Shown: piece by piece, positions 13,813 to 27,720 of the stretch
How the letters are laid out: each line of letters opens with the position of its first letter
Position numbering within the stretch: position 1 is the first letter of the stretch
Assembly: GCA_964016885.1 (NCBI GenBank)
Contig: OZ024740.1
Coordinates: forward strand, 295,120,001-295,184,000
DNA from: Eledone cirrhosa
Lineage: Eukaryota
Direction of reading: 5' to 3'
DNA length: 64,000 nucleotides
Position numbers and translations under genes: made by a program
The notes under the pieces: generated by a model
Told to the model about the DNA's origin: nothing
Seen by the model: only the letters and a program-made list of their open reading frames with translations
The model's database searches: none

Positions 13813-13829
13813 GCGCGAGCGCGTGTGTG

Positions 13830-13889
<60 letters not shown>

Positions 13890-13989
13890 TATGTGTGTGT
13901 GTGTGTGAGTGTGGGTGTGTGCGTGTATATGTATACATATATATATATATGTGTGTGTGTGTATATTTATATATACATACATATATATA

Positions 13990-14160
13990 TTTAATATAGA
14001 AATGGCTTCTACAGGACAAGAACTGTTTCATTCGGAGGAAATCAACAAGATGAAACAGTTCTAGTCCTGTAGAAGCCATTTCTATATTAAATATTTATAC
14101 TCTGCTATGTATTGAGTACCTTACTAACTGTGGTTACCCCCGAATGAACCCGGTATAAAC
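13990..14160. mobile_element. Short hairpin pLTR relic, same family as 59366-59585
   Basis: Palindrome 13990-14093 sharing GAAACAGTTCTAGTCCTGTAGAA; tail matches the reverse complement of 59366-59435. Confidence 0.65.
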
Positions 14161-14409
14161 ATATACACATACACACACACACACACATATATATGTGTAC
14201 CAACAGGCATGTTTGTTGTCCGACGCTCTTCCGAATACTGCCAATCCAACCCGTCTCTCTCTCTCTCTCTTTCTCTCTCTCTGTATATATATATATATAT
14301 ATATATAATGTAGGAGGTGAGTTTTATTGTAGTACAATAAAGCAATGCAGATATCGGATAAGAAGCACTCTACAGTATGTAGGACTGGAGTATACATAAT
14401 ATATAAGAA

Positions 14410-16160
14410 CAAAAGATGGTTAAAAGAGTTCCATGTATTTTATTATGCGCATTTCAAAAACAAATATCATCATGCAATAATATTTGTGTTTTCATCAGAT
14501 AAAATAGGAAGACATGATATGAAGGTTAAAAAACACTTGTGAATAGTGCAGTTTTAAATCAACATATGAAAAGTAGTTTTAGATTGATGTGTGATATTGG
14601 GAAAAAAAAATGTGAGGGGGGGGGATGAAAAAGAGGAGGAGATGAGAGTAAAATGTGGAGGAGGAGGAGTATAATGAGGAAGGATGAGATAGGAGGAGAG
14701 ATGGGTGATAGAGAGAGAGAGATAGCTTTTATAACTGAGAAAAATATATTGTTTTACATAGAGAGGTTGAAAAACCGTTGGAAGATAATGTATAAATTAA
14801 AAGAATTTGAAAATTAACGAAGAGAAAAATAATGTAAAGTTAAGGTTTGTATATTGAAGGGTTTAATAATATGTGCGATGAAAAGAAAATGTTAATATGT
14901 ATTAAGAATAATATTTAAGGGTTTAATAATATGTGCGATGAAAAGAAAATGTTAATATGTATTAAGAATAATATTTAAGGGTTTAATAATATGTGCGATG
15001 GAAAGAAAATGTTGATATGTATTATTAAAAAAACAAAAGTAATGTAAGTAAGGATATATTGTGAGATGAGCATTTATAAATTCCACAGAACATTCCACAA
15101 AGTATACAGCTAATATCCAATACTTTATCAATTTAGAATCCTTTTCTCAAAGGCACATATATATATATATACTTCTTTAAAAATATACCCATCTTTCTAC
15201 CTTATTTCAAAGTTATTTATTATACATTATATAATACTTGTTACTCATTCTATATCACTCCTATTTATCACTTCCCTTTCTTCCTTTTCCTTATCTTTTT
15301 CTTTTAATTTCTAACCCCTAATCTGTACCTTTTATCACTGTGCCTAACATAGAAACAATTATTACACAATACAATATATTCTTACTTTATATCACCTTGA
15401 AAAAATCCTTCGTAAACATAAACACATTTTTTTGACGTTAGATTATTCATCCTCAATTCATTATTTTTTTCTCCCTTTCATCTAACTTATTCATGCTCAT
15501 CTCACAATATATCCTTACTTACATTACTTTTGTTTTTTTAATAATACATATCAACATTTTCTTTCCATCGCACATATTATTAAACCCTTAAATATTATTC
15601 TTAATACATATTAACATTTTATTTCCATCGCACATATTATTAAACCCTTAAATATTATTCTTAATACATTTAACATTTTCTTTTCATCGCACATATTATT
15701 AAACCCTTCAATATACAAACCTTAACTTTACATTATTTTACTCTTCGTTAATTTTCAAATTCTTTTAATTTATACATTATCTTCCAACGGTTTTTCAACC
15801 TCTCTATGTAAAACAATATATTTTTCTCAGTTATAAAAGCTATCTCTCTCTCTCTATCACCCATCTCTCCTCCTATCTCATCCTTCCTCATTATACTCCT
15901 CCTCCTCCACTTTTTACTCTCATCTCCTCCTCTTTTTCATCCTCCCCCCTCCCCCCTCACATTTTTTTCCCCAATATCACACATCAATCTAAAACTACTT
16001 TTCATATGTTTATTTAAAACTGCACTATTCACAAGTGTTTTTTAACCTTCATATCATGTCTTCCTATTTTATCTGATGAAAACACAAATATTATTGCATG
16101 ATGATATTTGTTTTTGAAATGCGCATAATAAAATACATGGAACTCTTTTAACCATCTTTT
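14410..16160. mobile_element. Non-coding fold-back element, ~670-bp inverted arms, hammerhead at each end
   Basis: 14410-15073 mirrors 15494-16160; includes a 59-bp unit repeated about three times. Confidence 0.85.
16065..16135 (+). ncRNA. Type I hammerhead; identical inverted copy 14436-14506
   Basis: TATTTTAT CTGATGA long helix II (ACAAATAT/ATATTTGT) GAAA T gcgc ATA ATAAAATA. Confidence 0.85.
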
Positions 16161-16163
16161 AAT

Positions 16164-16258
<95 letters not shown>

Positions 16259-16843
16259 ATGTATGTATGTATATATATACTTTATAAATAACAATCAAAG
16301 AGTGCTTAATAACATTTAATCACTAACGATCGTTTCATCCAAGCACAAGGCCGGTCCACCAGAGTATAAATCAAGTTAGAACACATAACTTTGTCAAAGA
16401 GCATTCAGGGGATACCGCATATGGGAAGAAAGCAAAAATAATAGATATTAACATTTATATAAGAGAGGAAATCAAGAAGCACATGAAAAGCATGATCATA
16501 TCAATATGATTAAGAAACAGTAGTTAGAGGCATTAAAAAAACTTAAAAACATAAAAACAAGCTGGTATAAAGAAAGGAAAGAAGTTGCTATAAGGAATTT
16601 AAGCATAATGTAGGCATATTGTACATTGACAAATTTACATAAAACACAAGCATTACAACAGTCTATAAAAAGTAGTGCATGGATCAAATATAAACTTAAA
16701 TTTTAAAATGTAAAAATCTTCAATGTACACTTTTACTATATTTATTTATAAAGTATTCCGGCTCTGTATTATATTTGTTATTCTACATCGAGCTACTCTC
16801 ATATTTGTAATTGGATAATATTCATTATTTAATATTACTCACA

Positions 16844-16943
<100 letters not shown>

Positions 16944-17074
16944 GTGAGGTTTTTTTTACAAAATGAAAAATAACCGAGGTGTCCTACACGAGTGAAAGTA
17001 TAAAGAAAAAGAGATGAAATCGAAAATGCAACTGAAGTCTTATTTTTTTTAAAAATATATATATTTATTTGGTT

Positions 17075-17112
17075 CCTTTACCGGTTTCGCAGTTCTTCTG
17101 CTTTTCAAAAGG
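17075..17112 (-). ncRNA. Minimal hammerhead with U3-A8 core
   Basis: CCTT TTGAAAA GCAG aagaa CTGC GAAA C cg GTA AAGG. Confidence 0.7.
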
Positions 17113-17400
17113 TGAGTTGAGATGGATGGTCTGTGGTTTTTCTCACATGTGAGAAAAACCACAGACCCTCCATCACAACTTTCTCCGCTTAGCCTGTTCC
17201 CCCCCCTTTTGGAACTTTCCCCCGTTGATGGGCGTGAGCCCTAAATATTGGGATTAAATCTCCACTACGGTAACCCTTCTACCTTTGTTTTGTTTTCATC
17301 TTTGTCTCTCTCAATTTTCACTTTATCCTATTTCTCCTATCTATCATTCACTTCCTACCTCGAGATTTCCCTCTGCATTGTTGTGGCTTTCTAAACTACG

Positions 17401-17605
<205 letters not shown>

Positions 17606-17742
17606 GGGCGGTGGATTGGCAGTATTCGATAGAGCGTAGGTCAACAAGCTTTGTGGTATATAGTTATGTCCCTTTGCGTTCCGAGTTCAAATCCCGCCGA
17701 GGTTAGCCTTTCATTATGTGGTCGATAAAATAAATACCAGTT
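17606..17742 (+). mobile_element. tRNA-derived SINE
   Basis: Matches copy at 41821; B-box-like GAGTTCAAATCC. Confidence 0.75.
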
Positions 17743-18089
17743 TTCTCATCGAATAACAGCTAAACATTTATTTTAAAAAAGGCAATTAATCGAATCGGTT
17801 TCAGCCAAAAGTTATTTAGGCTTCTTCATGTTACAGGAAATATGATTAAAAAGTGTATAATAAAATTAAGGTGTATATTAATAAGAGGAGGGCATAAGAG
17901 AACATAGTTTATATACTTATAAAAGAGTTCACATTTTCGTTTATCTCTTTCTCTCTTTCTGTGTCATCCTTGGTTTGTTCCTTGTTATTGTCTGACTGGT
18001 TGTTGACTACAATTGCAGTAGTAGTAGTGGAAGCGGTAGAGGGAGGAGGAGGAGGAGAAGGAGAAGGAGAAGGAGAAGAAGAAGAACAT

Positions 18090-19790
18090 TCAGGGGATAC
18101 CATTGGTGTTAAAAATTGACCTAAAGTACTGATTGTTTCTAAATATATCTATCTCTCTTAATATTTCTGTAGGAAATACTGTCGTTCTTAATTTGGCGTG
18201 AATGTTGGCGTTAATTTGGTGTGAATGTTGGGTGTTTGTTGCAGTTTCGTCTGAGGTGGATGCATTTAAACGGGGTTCGTATTTTGTGATAAAGTATGAT
18301 TCTTTGCTAATTCGTTGAATGTGGGTAGCGTTGTCTTTAAATTTGTAAAGTAGAAAAATTCTGAAATTGGGTTGTTCATTATAGAGGCACGGATTTCTGT
18401 CTGTAGAATTTGTCATTGAATACGAAGTAGTTATTCTCCAAGACAAATTTGAGCCCTTCTATTACGAATTATTTTATGATGCGGTCTGGGAGTTCATTGG
18501 AGTAATTTTCTAGCCAGAATTGGATTGCTTCTATTCCTAGGTTGTGGGGGATATTGCAATATAGGTTGACTACATCAGAAGACACTGGTAGGGTTTGTTC
18601 ATTATTAAGTTGTTTGGAAGATGGTTGAGCAAATCAATGACGTCCCTTATGTAGCTTTTAATGTGTTTAAGGAATGGATTTAATAGGGTATCAAGGAAGT
18701 TGTTGAGGCGGGGCCTGCTATTATAGGTCTTAATTTGAGGTCATTAGGTGAGGGGACATTGATGAATATATATGTGGCTCCCTTGCATGCCTTACTTATT
18801 TGTTCACTGTTATGTATCTTAGGAATGCCGTAAAAAAGACTGGATTCACTTTTGAAGTCAGTGGGTTGTGGGTTGATTAGAGCGTCCCTATATTTAATGT
18901 GTAGTTGTGTGCCCCTATATATCATGTTTGGTTAAGGACGCTCTAATCAACCCACAACCACGAACCAGAACCATCAACAACAACAGGGAAGAACCCAGCC
19001 TCAGAAGACAACCAAGCATCAACAACCGACCCAACTATCTAGGTCATGTTTTAGAACCAGTACACAGACACAGGGAAATTAGATGACACAAGACGTACAG
19101 GAGAGACCAAAAGTCATCAATTTAGCCACTAAAGAACTAACAACAGACTAAATTAACATACTCTCTAAAGGGCTCAAATTTACCCTCCCCCCAACGTCAA
19201 AACTACTACGAAATGAAGGAAGACATTGCAGAATTCTGTAGAAAATTACGACTGAGGGAGGAACTATTTGACCAGTACAACGAGCTAGAAATAGAAGCAA
19301 CTACACCCCATTACAAATTACCAGGCAAAACATCAGCAAGAAAGAATCGGATGAGCTGAACAGATTAAAGGACGATAAAACTATAACAATCAAAGAAGCC
19401 GGTAAAGGGAGTGCGGTAGTCCTAATGGAGATGGAATATTATACAACTCTAGTGCTCATCACTTTAGAAGACAAAGCATACCACGAAAAGGCTGAACACT
19501 ACAGTCAACAGAAAATAATGAGAAACCTAAAATCTCTGATAAACCTGTACAGAGAAGGACTTACCGACAAGAAATACAACTATATCACTGACTTCAAAAG
19601 TAAATCCAGTCTTTTTTACAGCATTCCTAAGATACATAAAAGTGAAAATATACGTAAGGCATGCAAGGGAGCCACAGATATATTCATTAATGTCCCCTCA
19701 CCTAATGACCTCAAATTAAGACCTATAATAGCAGGCCCCACTTGCGAAACTCACCATCTCTTGATACTCTTGATACTTTCTTGATACTCT
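18090..19790. mobile_element. Rearranged PLE relic: minus-strand RT/EN pieces (18090-18860) and plus-strand ORF1 end plus RT N-terminus (18940-19790)
   Basis: PKVINLAT, LSKGLKF, IPKIHKS, DLKLRPIIAGP, KESYFITKYEPRLN; homologous to 50437-52623. Confidence 0.85.
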
Positions 19791-19914
19791 ATTAACACTT
19801 TCTAAGATCGGCAACTTTCAAGAAGGAAGCTATCCTTGTATTACTATGCTGTGCTTTTAAGACAACGATCACAGCATACCTTTTCATTTGTTGAGTCATT
19901 ATAATGTCTGGCAT

Positions 19915-20050
19915 TTTGGCAGTATCGATAGAGAGTCGGACGCCATGCGTTGCAGCATAGAGTTACGGTTTGAGTTTAAATCTCAATAAAATAAAGCATC
20001 AGTAATGCACAGGGGTAATTGCTGGTCTTGTGCCAAAAGTAGAAACAATT
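19915..20050 (+). mobile_element. tRNA-derived SINE, internally deleted
   Basis: Similarity to 41821 copy. Confidence 0.65.
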
Positions 20051-20198
20051 ATTTATCTGAAAAATTAATAAACACAAAAAACAAAAACAAATTAGTTATA
20101 AGAATGTTAGAGCTCAAGAAATAGGTGTCCTCAAAAACTGACGCACCCTGTCTTCTCTACTCCCTCTCTCTCTCTCTATATATATATATATCTATATA

Positions 20199-20255
<57 letters not shown>

Positions 20256-20335
20256 AAAGCATGTATTAAGTTAGAAACTCAAAATAGTCTCATTACAGTA
20301 AATTAACTCTAGGAAAAAGATTTTTTCCGAGCCGT

Positions 20336-20595
20336 ATATAACTGAACAAAAAGGGAAAACGAACAGACATATATATATATGCGTTCAAATCGTAATGGAA
20401 CAAAATCGCTAAGGTGAAAAAAATACTAACTACAGACAATAGGGTTTGCTAGACTCAATTTAAGAATAAATTAAGAAAAATAAATACAAACCAGTATTGT
20501 GGTAACTCCCATCACCCATTTTTTTCACCTTAGCGATTTTGGTCCATTACGATTTGAATGCATATGTCTGTGTTCGTTTTTCCTTTTTGTTCAGT

Positions 20596-20600
<5 letters not shown>
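20336..20600. repeat. Small inverted-repeat element between TA tracts
   Basis: 20336-20424 mirrors 20518-20600. Confidence 0.7.
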
Positions 20601-20626
<26 letters not shown>

Positions 20627-20862
20627 TTGTATGTATATATGCGTTGTACTTGCGAGGTTGTATCTTGCAATTACAATTACTACTGGTATTTTATTTTTCA
20701 ATCTCAGAAGAATGAAACGCAATGTGGACTTCATCGAGATTTGAATTCAGAACGTAGATGGTCGGAATAAAATACCGCTGATATTTTGTCCGACACTCTC
20801 ACTATTCTACCAAACCACCACATATACAAACAACAGTATTAAGTAGACATTATATCATCTTA

Positions 20863-21050
20863 GGGTGGTGGATTGGCAGTATCGGTAGAGGGTCAGATGC
20901 CATGCTTTCCAGCATAGTTACGTCCCTTAACGATCTGAGTTCAAATCCCGCCGAGGTTGACTTTGCTTTTCATCCTTACGGGGTCGATAAAATAACGTAC
21001 CAGTAATGCACTGGGTAATTGCTAGCCTTGTGCCAAAAGTAGAAACAATT
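20863..21050 (+). mobile_element. tRNA-derived SINE
   Basis: Near-identical to 41821 copy. Confidence 0.85.
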
Positions 21051-21239
21051 ATATCATCTACCCAACTGCACATAAATTAAAGAAAGTTACTATTAAAACT
21101 TACCGATTACAAAAAAACAACACTAAAACTTTGTTATACGAGAAGGATTATCGTCCAAATATCATAAAATGAGATTTAGACGGTAGAAATTGAAGCCATT
21201 AAAATAAAAATAACACCCTTGAAACAATTTACATAAAAC

Positions 21240-22445
21240 CAAGATGACGCACACAGATTGCGTATCCCGAGACCCCAAAGAGGGTTCGGAAGGGAGCAAA
21301 CCTTGACTATTGGAGCCTGAACATACCAACCCTTACAAGTAAAGAGCAGGAACTAGTGGAGGAGGCCAAATGCTACCGGCTAGATATAGTCGGGGTTTCC
21401 TCAACAAAGTTCCGTGGTTCTGATACTGTAGATTTAGATGGAGGATGGAAAATCCACTATTCAGGTGTGGCACCATAAATGACTGCACAGGTGGGAGTGG
21501 GGATATTCATAAATCCCCAGCTGTCAGAATGTGTTAAGGACTGGATCCCATTAAAAGGGAGGATTTGTCTCAAGAAGCTTAGACTGAAAGGTAGGTCGCT
21601 GTGGGTGGTGCAAATTATGCCCTGAACAAGGGCTCCGAATACAGGTCCTTCCTTGATGAAGTCACTGCACGTGAGATGTAGTTAAGATTGAGTCATATAT
21701 CATAATGGGTGACTTCATTGCACATGTTGGCACTGACCACCTGATAAGGAAAGGAGTGGATGGAAGGAATGGTGACCCCGATATAAATACGAATGGGGAG
21801 GTCTTAGACGCTTCTTCTAGCAATGGACTTTTTATTATGTACACCTTCTTCCGGCACAGAGACATCCATAAATATACTTGGTATAAGAGGAGTCGGATAC
21901 AGAGATCAATAATTGATTTTGTTATTGTATCTGATCTCTTCGATACTGTGCTGGATGTTCGTGTTAAGAGAGAGGCTGAGCAGTCAACTGATCCTCATCT
22001 AGTTATCTGCAACTTGAGACTACCTAAAGTCTAACAGGCCCACAAAACTGGTAGGGCCAGGCGACTTACAGGACAAAGTGCGAAGCGTTGGTGGATAAAG
22101 AAGTCAGGACCAGGTATGCAAGTACTATTGCATCCAAACTCAGAGAACTCCCTGAGCAAATTGAGGACGTTGAAACAGAATAGAGATTGTTTAGCTCAGC
22201 AGTTTCTGCTTCAGCTGTTAAATGTTGCGGGCGAAAGAGCATTGGTGAGGTGCAGTGTGGCAGGAAGACCCATTGGTTCAATCAAGAAGTCAATGACGCC
22301 ATCCGAGCAAAGAAGGAGGCCTTCAAAGCTTGGTTTGGAAATAAGTTCTCCTTCTTGCACTTGCGGCACAAGCAGGCACGATGAATCGCAGCAGTGACAG
22401 TAGAGGCATCCAAAGTTAAGACATGGGAGGACTTTGGGGTTAAGC
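21240..22445 (+). pseudogene. RTE-type LINE APE endonuclease region, decayed and 3'-truncated
   Basis: LDIVGVS, IIMGDF, HKYTWY, SIIDFVIV, TDPHLV, HWFNQEV. Confidence 0.8.
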
Positions 22446-23052
22446 ATACATTTGTATGCAATTACATAAAGATTACGAAATACTCACAGGCAGAAAACCG
22501 CTCGGTTTCTGCTAATTTGTAAAATGAAAGATATACTATTTTTTTAACGCTGATGCTCCTCTCCCACAGGTTCTTATGTACTTCCAATTCCCCACTGGAT
22601 ACTCCCCTTACTCATAGTCATCCTTCCCTTCGTTGTTTTTATTTTGTCGATAGAATTTGAATGATTTAAATATATAGGAAACAATTCACAAATTATTACG
22701 TATGTATATTAAATGAGACTGGAAAATTATGAATTGAAACCAAGTCACTTTTTTCTTTTTTTCCTTAGTACTGAAGAACCCAAGACAAGCTTTAAGCGAG
22801 CAGTTATCAATTCGTAGTGGAATTTAATCAACTCCACTTAGGCTAGACAATTAAGAAAGCCATACGTTTATACAATATTTGCAATTCTGTCTTAGCAAGA
22901 AATCTATGTTTTTTGTATGAAAAAATGTTCCAATATCTCACTCATCAATGATATTCTCACCAACAACTTCTCTAACACCTATCAACTTTATTTTAATATA
23001 AGTTTATTTAATATTTCATAAGAACTATATACTGCTTAAATTATTATATGAA

Positions 23053-23521
23053 CTAGCAGAAAGACCACCCTTCGGGTGATTTTTCTGCTAGTATGTGTAG
23101 TGTGCATATTGATATTATACACAAGTATATATGCATGTAGATATGATACATCAAATAAAATCGTAATTGACAATATACAAAGAAATTGATCGAAGACTGC
23201 GTTACACTCTTCTGTAATCAGTAACGTAATCCATGGTACATTTAAAAAAGACGATATTATATATAAACTGCATTAGGAGAAAATTAGTGACGGAAATATA
23301 TGAATGTTTATTTACGCGATCGCTAACCGGAAGTGTTGACATTTGAAAATTTTAAAGAAGTGAATCTTAAAATAAACCACAAAATTATTTATATTTAATC
23401 AAGAATAACGAAATTTAGTAGATAAATTATTTATTCAAAGTAATCCAACTTATTTTACAAACGGGATAAACAAATATATTCTGGAGGCAGTCCCGCACTC
23501 CTTACTTTATTATAGTTTAGA
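23053..23521 (-). mobile_element. Short non-autonomous Helitron
   Basis: Minus strand A|TCTAAACTATAATAAAG to CACCCGAAGGGTG hairpin plus CTGCTAG|T. Confidence 0.65.
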
Positions 23522-24289
23522 TTTACGACGGGTGCATCAGTCTTTTGCTTTTAAATATCTTTTGTAATTATAATTCTATCAATTAAATGCAGTGGTGAAA
23601 ATGTTAGGATTCAGAGTTATTGATTTAATAAATTTTCTGTTTCAAGATATTTGAAAAACTTACCAGCTAAATAATCGACAGCCTTAAGCAAGTTCTGGGA
23701 TTTAATTTATTGCAAAAACATAAAGAAACCAATACATTTACAGCTGATTCGAACTTAGCTGATGCCAATTAACGCACAGCACGTCATATAATGCAATAAG
23801 AATGCTCTCATGTGAATTTGATTTCTTCTTAACATTTTATCTAACTAGATGCTGATAATATATATTCTTGTGTAGGCGAAGAGCTTGTTGGACTTTCAAA
23901 GGTGTCTTTGAAACCACGGTGCATAAGCAATGCTAGAGCCGAGTAAGCACCCACGTTTGCCTCCTGCTTTGCTTTCAATTCTACATTGCATACACTCAGA
24001 AAAACCCATCTAGAACTTTCCTTCTCTACTCCTCCAGTTTTACATACATCTATACAAGTGTAATAATGTAGCTTTAAAAGAAATGGAGAAATTACTCACA
24101 TATAAAGATCTGGAAATATTGATATCTAGAAGGTAAGAACAGGAAATAAAAATAATCTCTACAATAATAAGTATCTTGGAAATATATATAAAACCACAGT
24201 CAAATATAAAACCACATCATGCAGAAAATAACTTTACTGGGTACTACACATGTAGAGTACTTTCAATACAATTAAATAATCTAAAGTCT

Positions 24290-24553
24290 AAAGTCTGTCT
24301 TAGGCCAGAAGGCTCATTTGGCCGGTGCTTATCCCGGTTTCATGGCGTGAAACGACTGAGAGTACAAGATTTCCCCCTGGACAGGATGCCAGTCCATCGC
24401 ACGGTTAAACCCCCAGCTATTGCTGATACTCATTTTCAGCTGAGTATACTGGAGCAACGTTAAATTAAGTGTTTTGCTCAAGAACACAACATGAAACCCA
24501 GGAATCGATCGTAAGTCCAACACCCTTATCACTAGGCTACGTGCCTCCACCAC
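24290..24553 (-). mobile_element. tRNA-derived SINE of a second family (Meta/MESC-like central domain, tentative)
   Basis: A/B-box-like head, TTGTGTTCTTGAGCAAAACACTT, TGGACTGGCATCCTGTCCAGGGG. Confidence 0.65.
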
Positions 24554-24588
24554 AACTAAATAATTACATAACTAAAATTACTGCAGCC

Positions 24589-24750
24589 ACACAAGGCACA
24601 CAGAATTGTGTTTACTCATGTACACATGGCATACAGAATTGTGTTCACTCACATATACAAGGTACACATAATTGTGTTCACTCATGCATACAAGGCACAC
24701 AGAATTGTGTTCACTCGCCCACACAAGGTACATAGAGTTGTGTTCACTAT
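24589..24750. repeat. 33-bp minisatellite, about 5 copies
   Basis: acacaaggcacacagaattgtgttcactcat.. units. Confidence 0.85.
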
Positions 24751-24974
24751 TGCATTAAAAGTTTGCAATAAAAATAAGACTAATTCTGCCGTGTATTTAA
24801 AATATAATTATACAAAAAAATTGGAATATATTACCGTACATAAAAAAAAATTAATAGAAGTATACCTGTATTTACTTTATACCAGATATAAAGTATTTGG
24901 CAACCGAGGGTACTGGCGTCCAATTGAGGGGAGTGGTTGCCGACTTATAAGAAATGAACGGGAGCAGTTATTAT

Positions 24975-25305
24975 TCGAGGTTGACTTAGCATTTCATCCT
25001 TACGGGGTCGATAAAATAAAGTACCAGTAATACACTGGATAATTGCTGGCCTTGTGCCAAAAGTAGAAACAATAATTTTATTAATCCCTGCAATAATGAT
25101 TTCTACTATAGGCACAAGGCTAACCATTTGGGGAGAGGGGAAAGCCGATTAAATCGACCCCAGTATATTACTGGTACTTTATTTTATCGAGCCCGTAAGG
25201 ATGAAAAGCAAAGTTGACGTCGGCGGGATTTGAACTCAGAACGCAAAAGGCCGTAACTCTATGCTACGAAGAAGCGTGTTCGACGCTCTACCAATTCTAT
25301 CAATC
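24975..25305. mobile_element. Two tail-to-tail SINE copies (plus 24975-25072, minus 25105-25305)
   Basis: Shared TTTCATCCTTACGGG.TCGATAAAATAAAGTACCAG core. Confidence 0.75.
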
Positions 25306-25539
25306 CCCAATTACTGCGAATTATACCAATACATCTAAATCTATACACTCACTTTACATCAACAATTAAGCTGAAGCAAAAATTTGAAATAGTTAATGAG
25401 TCTTTCTTGTATTTCTTTTAAGGGTGAAAAAAAAAAAACGAATTTTATAACATTAGACAATTTCAAAGTTTATTTGAAATAGTGTGAGAGCGTCATAATT
25501 CCCACTAAAGTAAGGGAATGTCATTCGCACGCATTGTCA

Positions 25540-26230
25540 CACGTCCCTACAGCATTACACATGTACATGTAAGACAACAACGACCATAAGAAAATATTCA
25601 GCAGACGACTGCAAATTAGAACAGGGAAGATTCACTGATCTTGACTTCGTCAACGATCTGGGACCTCTATGAAAATGTAAGACATGACCACCAGTCTAAG
25701 AAACAGCAGCTAGAATGTTGATCATAAGATCAGTATTGAAACGACCAAAGTGATATTTATTAGGGAGGTATAAGAGCAACCAGTCCATCTGGGGAAAGGA
25801 GCTAAACATTGGAGACCGTTGACATACTAGTAAAGCTGGACAGTGTCCTTGCTAAATATGGCAACTCAATAACTGGTGTGGAAAAGTGTCTCGGCAAAGC
25901 TGTAGCGCGTTTTCAGTGCCTGAAGCCTTTATAATCAGCTCCTCCATTGGAAAAGGCACAAAGCTAATTGCGAGGCGTGAAAAAAGACCAGAATAATTTA
26001 CTGAATTGCAGATGTTTTCCATAGAAGTTGCCTTAGGACTATAGTTAAGATTTCTTGACCATATCACAAATGAGGAAGTCAAGGAAAAGGCTGCACCGTA
26101 CAACGGCAGAAGATATTTGGTCATCTGCTACGCATGAATAGAAGGTAGGAGGGTTTAGTTTAATTGAGGTCTGTGGAGGGAAACCTGGCGGATATAGGCC
26201 TGATTTGGCATACGACCAGCGGAATGAGAG
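25540..26230 (+). pseudogene. Highly decayed LINE RT 3' fragment
   Basis: Relics of DLDF.DD and VSIETTKVI; many indels. Confidence 0.45.
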
Positions 26231-26710
26231 AAGTTTGGTATGTCAATAAGGTTTTTTTAAAAATCACTTCACTCTACGAAAGCCTAACCCTAAATAAGCA
26301 ACAATCAGGAACATGCTAACAGAATAAGAGATTGACACAGTGGAAAGAATATAAAGGCATGCTTTTACATGGCCCGTATTTCTGCAGGCTGAATGCTCCA
26401 TGTGTAAATAAAAAAAAAACTGTAGCATGGAGGAAGAAACAAATCCTAAATAGAGCTGCAAAAGCAATAAGATATGAACATGTATTGAAAGGTTTATTTA
26501 CATTTCCTACGTCACAGATATCTGTATCTTGTATTTTTAGAAATAATACATCTCATTGTATCAGGTTGACCCCTCCACTAAAATATCCCAGGTAAACCAA
26601 TTTTAACTCCCCCCAAAAAACAAAAGCTCTGTGTGTTCATATTAATCTATCCCTTTTAGAAAAAGACAATTCGAAAATACTATAGAACATACATACTACT
26701 AGTAAACATA

Positions 26711-26940
26711 TAACTCTTTAGCATTTACATTACTCTATATTTACTATTATATTTTCCTGGTAAAGTCTTTACCTCATAAAATTATCTCCCCCATAACATC
26801 AAATCTATGATATTTTGATATAATTTATTTTGAAAACAATACCTTAACACCAGTATGAGCAGCCGGTTACAGCCGGTTTGAACAGAAAGATGTGAGAGAA
26901 TTCTGGCAAGATATGGCCGGTTTAAATGCTAAAGAATTAA
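26711..26940. mobile_element. piggyBac-like MITE
   Basis: TAACTCTTTAGCATTTA / TAAATGCTAAAGAATTAA imperfect inverted ends, TTAA on right. Confidence 0.5.
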
Positions 26941-27344
26941 GCATGTAATCACTTTTCAGCGAGTTGAAAGGATTTGCACCATCCTTGCTATTAAATAAAA
27001 ACATTACGGCATCATCCTATTTGTAATTGGTACAAATGAAATTATACACATCCACATTTGTAATGATATTCACAGGTTACTTATAAGGATAGCCACATGC
27101 ACATTCAAGAAAATAAAAATACTAGGATCTGTAAATATTGTTAGAGCACACAGCATTTGTTAACCTTGAACATTTTTATAAATGTTTTCCAAAGACGAGC
27201 TCAATGCTGTGGAAGAAAGAAAACTCTTGATATATACTCTTGATATAAACTCTTGATATAAACCAAGAAAAGTAAAGTTCATAAAAATAATTATTTTTAA
27301 CACTGGCATAAGGCCAACAATTTATATATATATGCGTGTGTAAT

Positions 27345-27720
27345 CGATGTAATCAACCCCTGTACGTGGCTGGTACTTTATTTCATCGACCATGGAAACA
27401 TGAAAGACAAAGTTGACCTCGGTGAGATTTGAACACAGAACGTATAAAATCGTAATTAAAAACCCAAAAACATTTTGACTGGTGCACCACTGACATTGCC
27501 AATACATCGTTACTTTAAAGATTAACTTACATAAGACTACTACTTTTTTTTAGTTGAGGGAGGGGTCATTCATTTTGATCGATTCTAGTATTTGACTGTT
27601 ACATTTTTTTATCGACTTCTGAAAGATGAAAAGTAAAGTCGATCTTGGCAGGATTTGAACGTAAAAATTAAACGAGTTGCAGCCCAGATAATCTACGCGT
27701 TTGATTTTGTATCTATCCAA
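27345..27720 (-). mobile_element. Two diverged SINE copies
   Basis: Reverse-complement SINE core ATCGAC..GAAAG..AAAGT.GA.CT.GG..GATTTGAAC. Confidence 0.6.

Noticed and set aside
13696-14079. ORFs rich in YI/CV/HT repeats here and at 17.3, 40.1, 44.4, 45.7, 53.2 and 58.7 kb
   Set aside because: Translations of (TA)n and (CA)n microsatellites, not genes.
16320-16370. Hammerhead-like GAAACGATCGTT on minus strand
   Set aside because: Core reads CTGGTGG and helices are poor; at most a relic. The same applies to 46025-46085 and 46360-46400.
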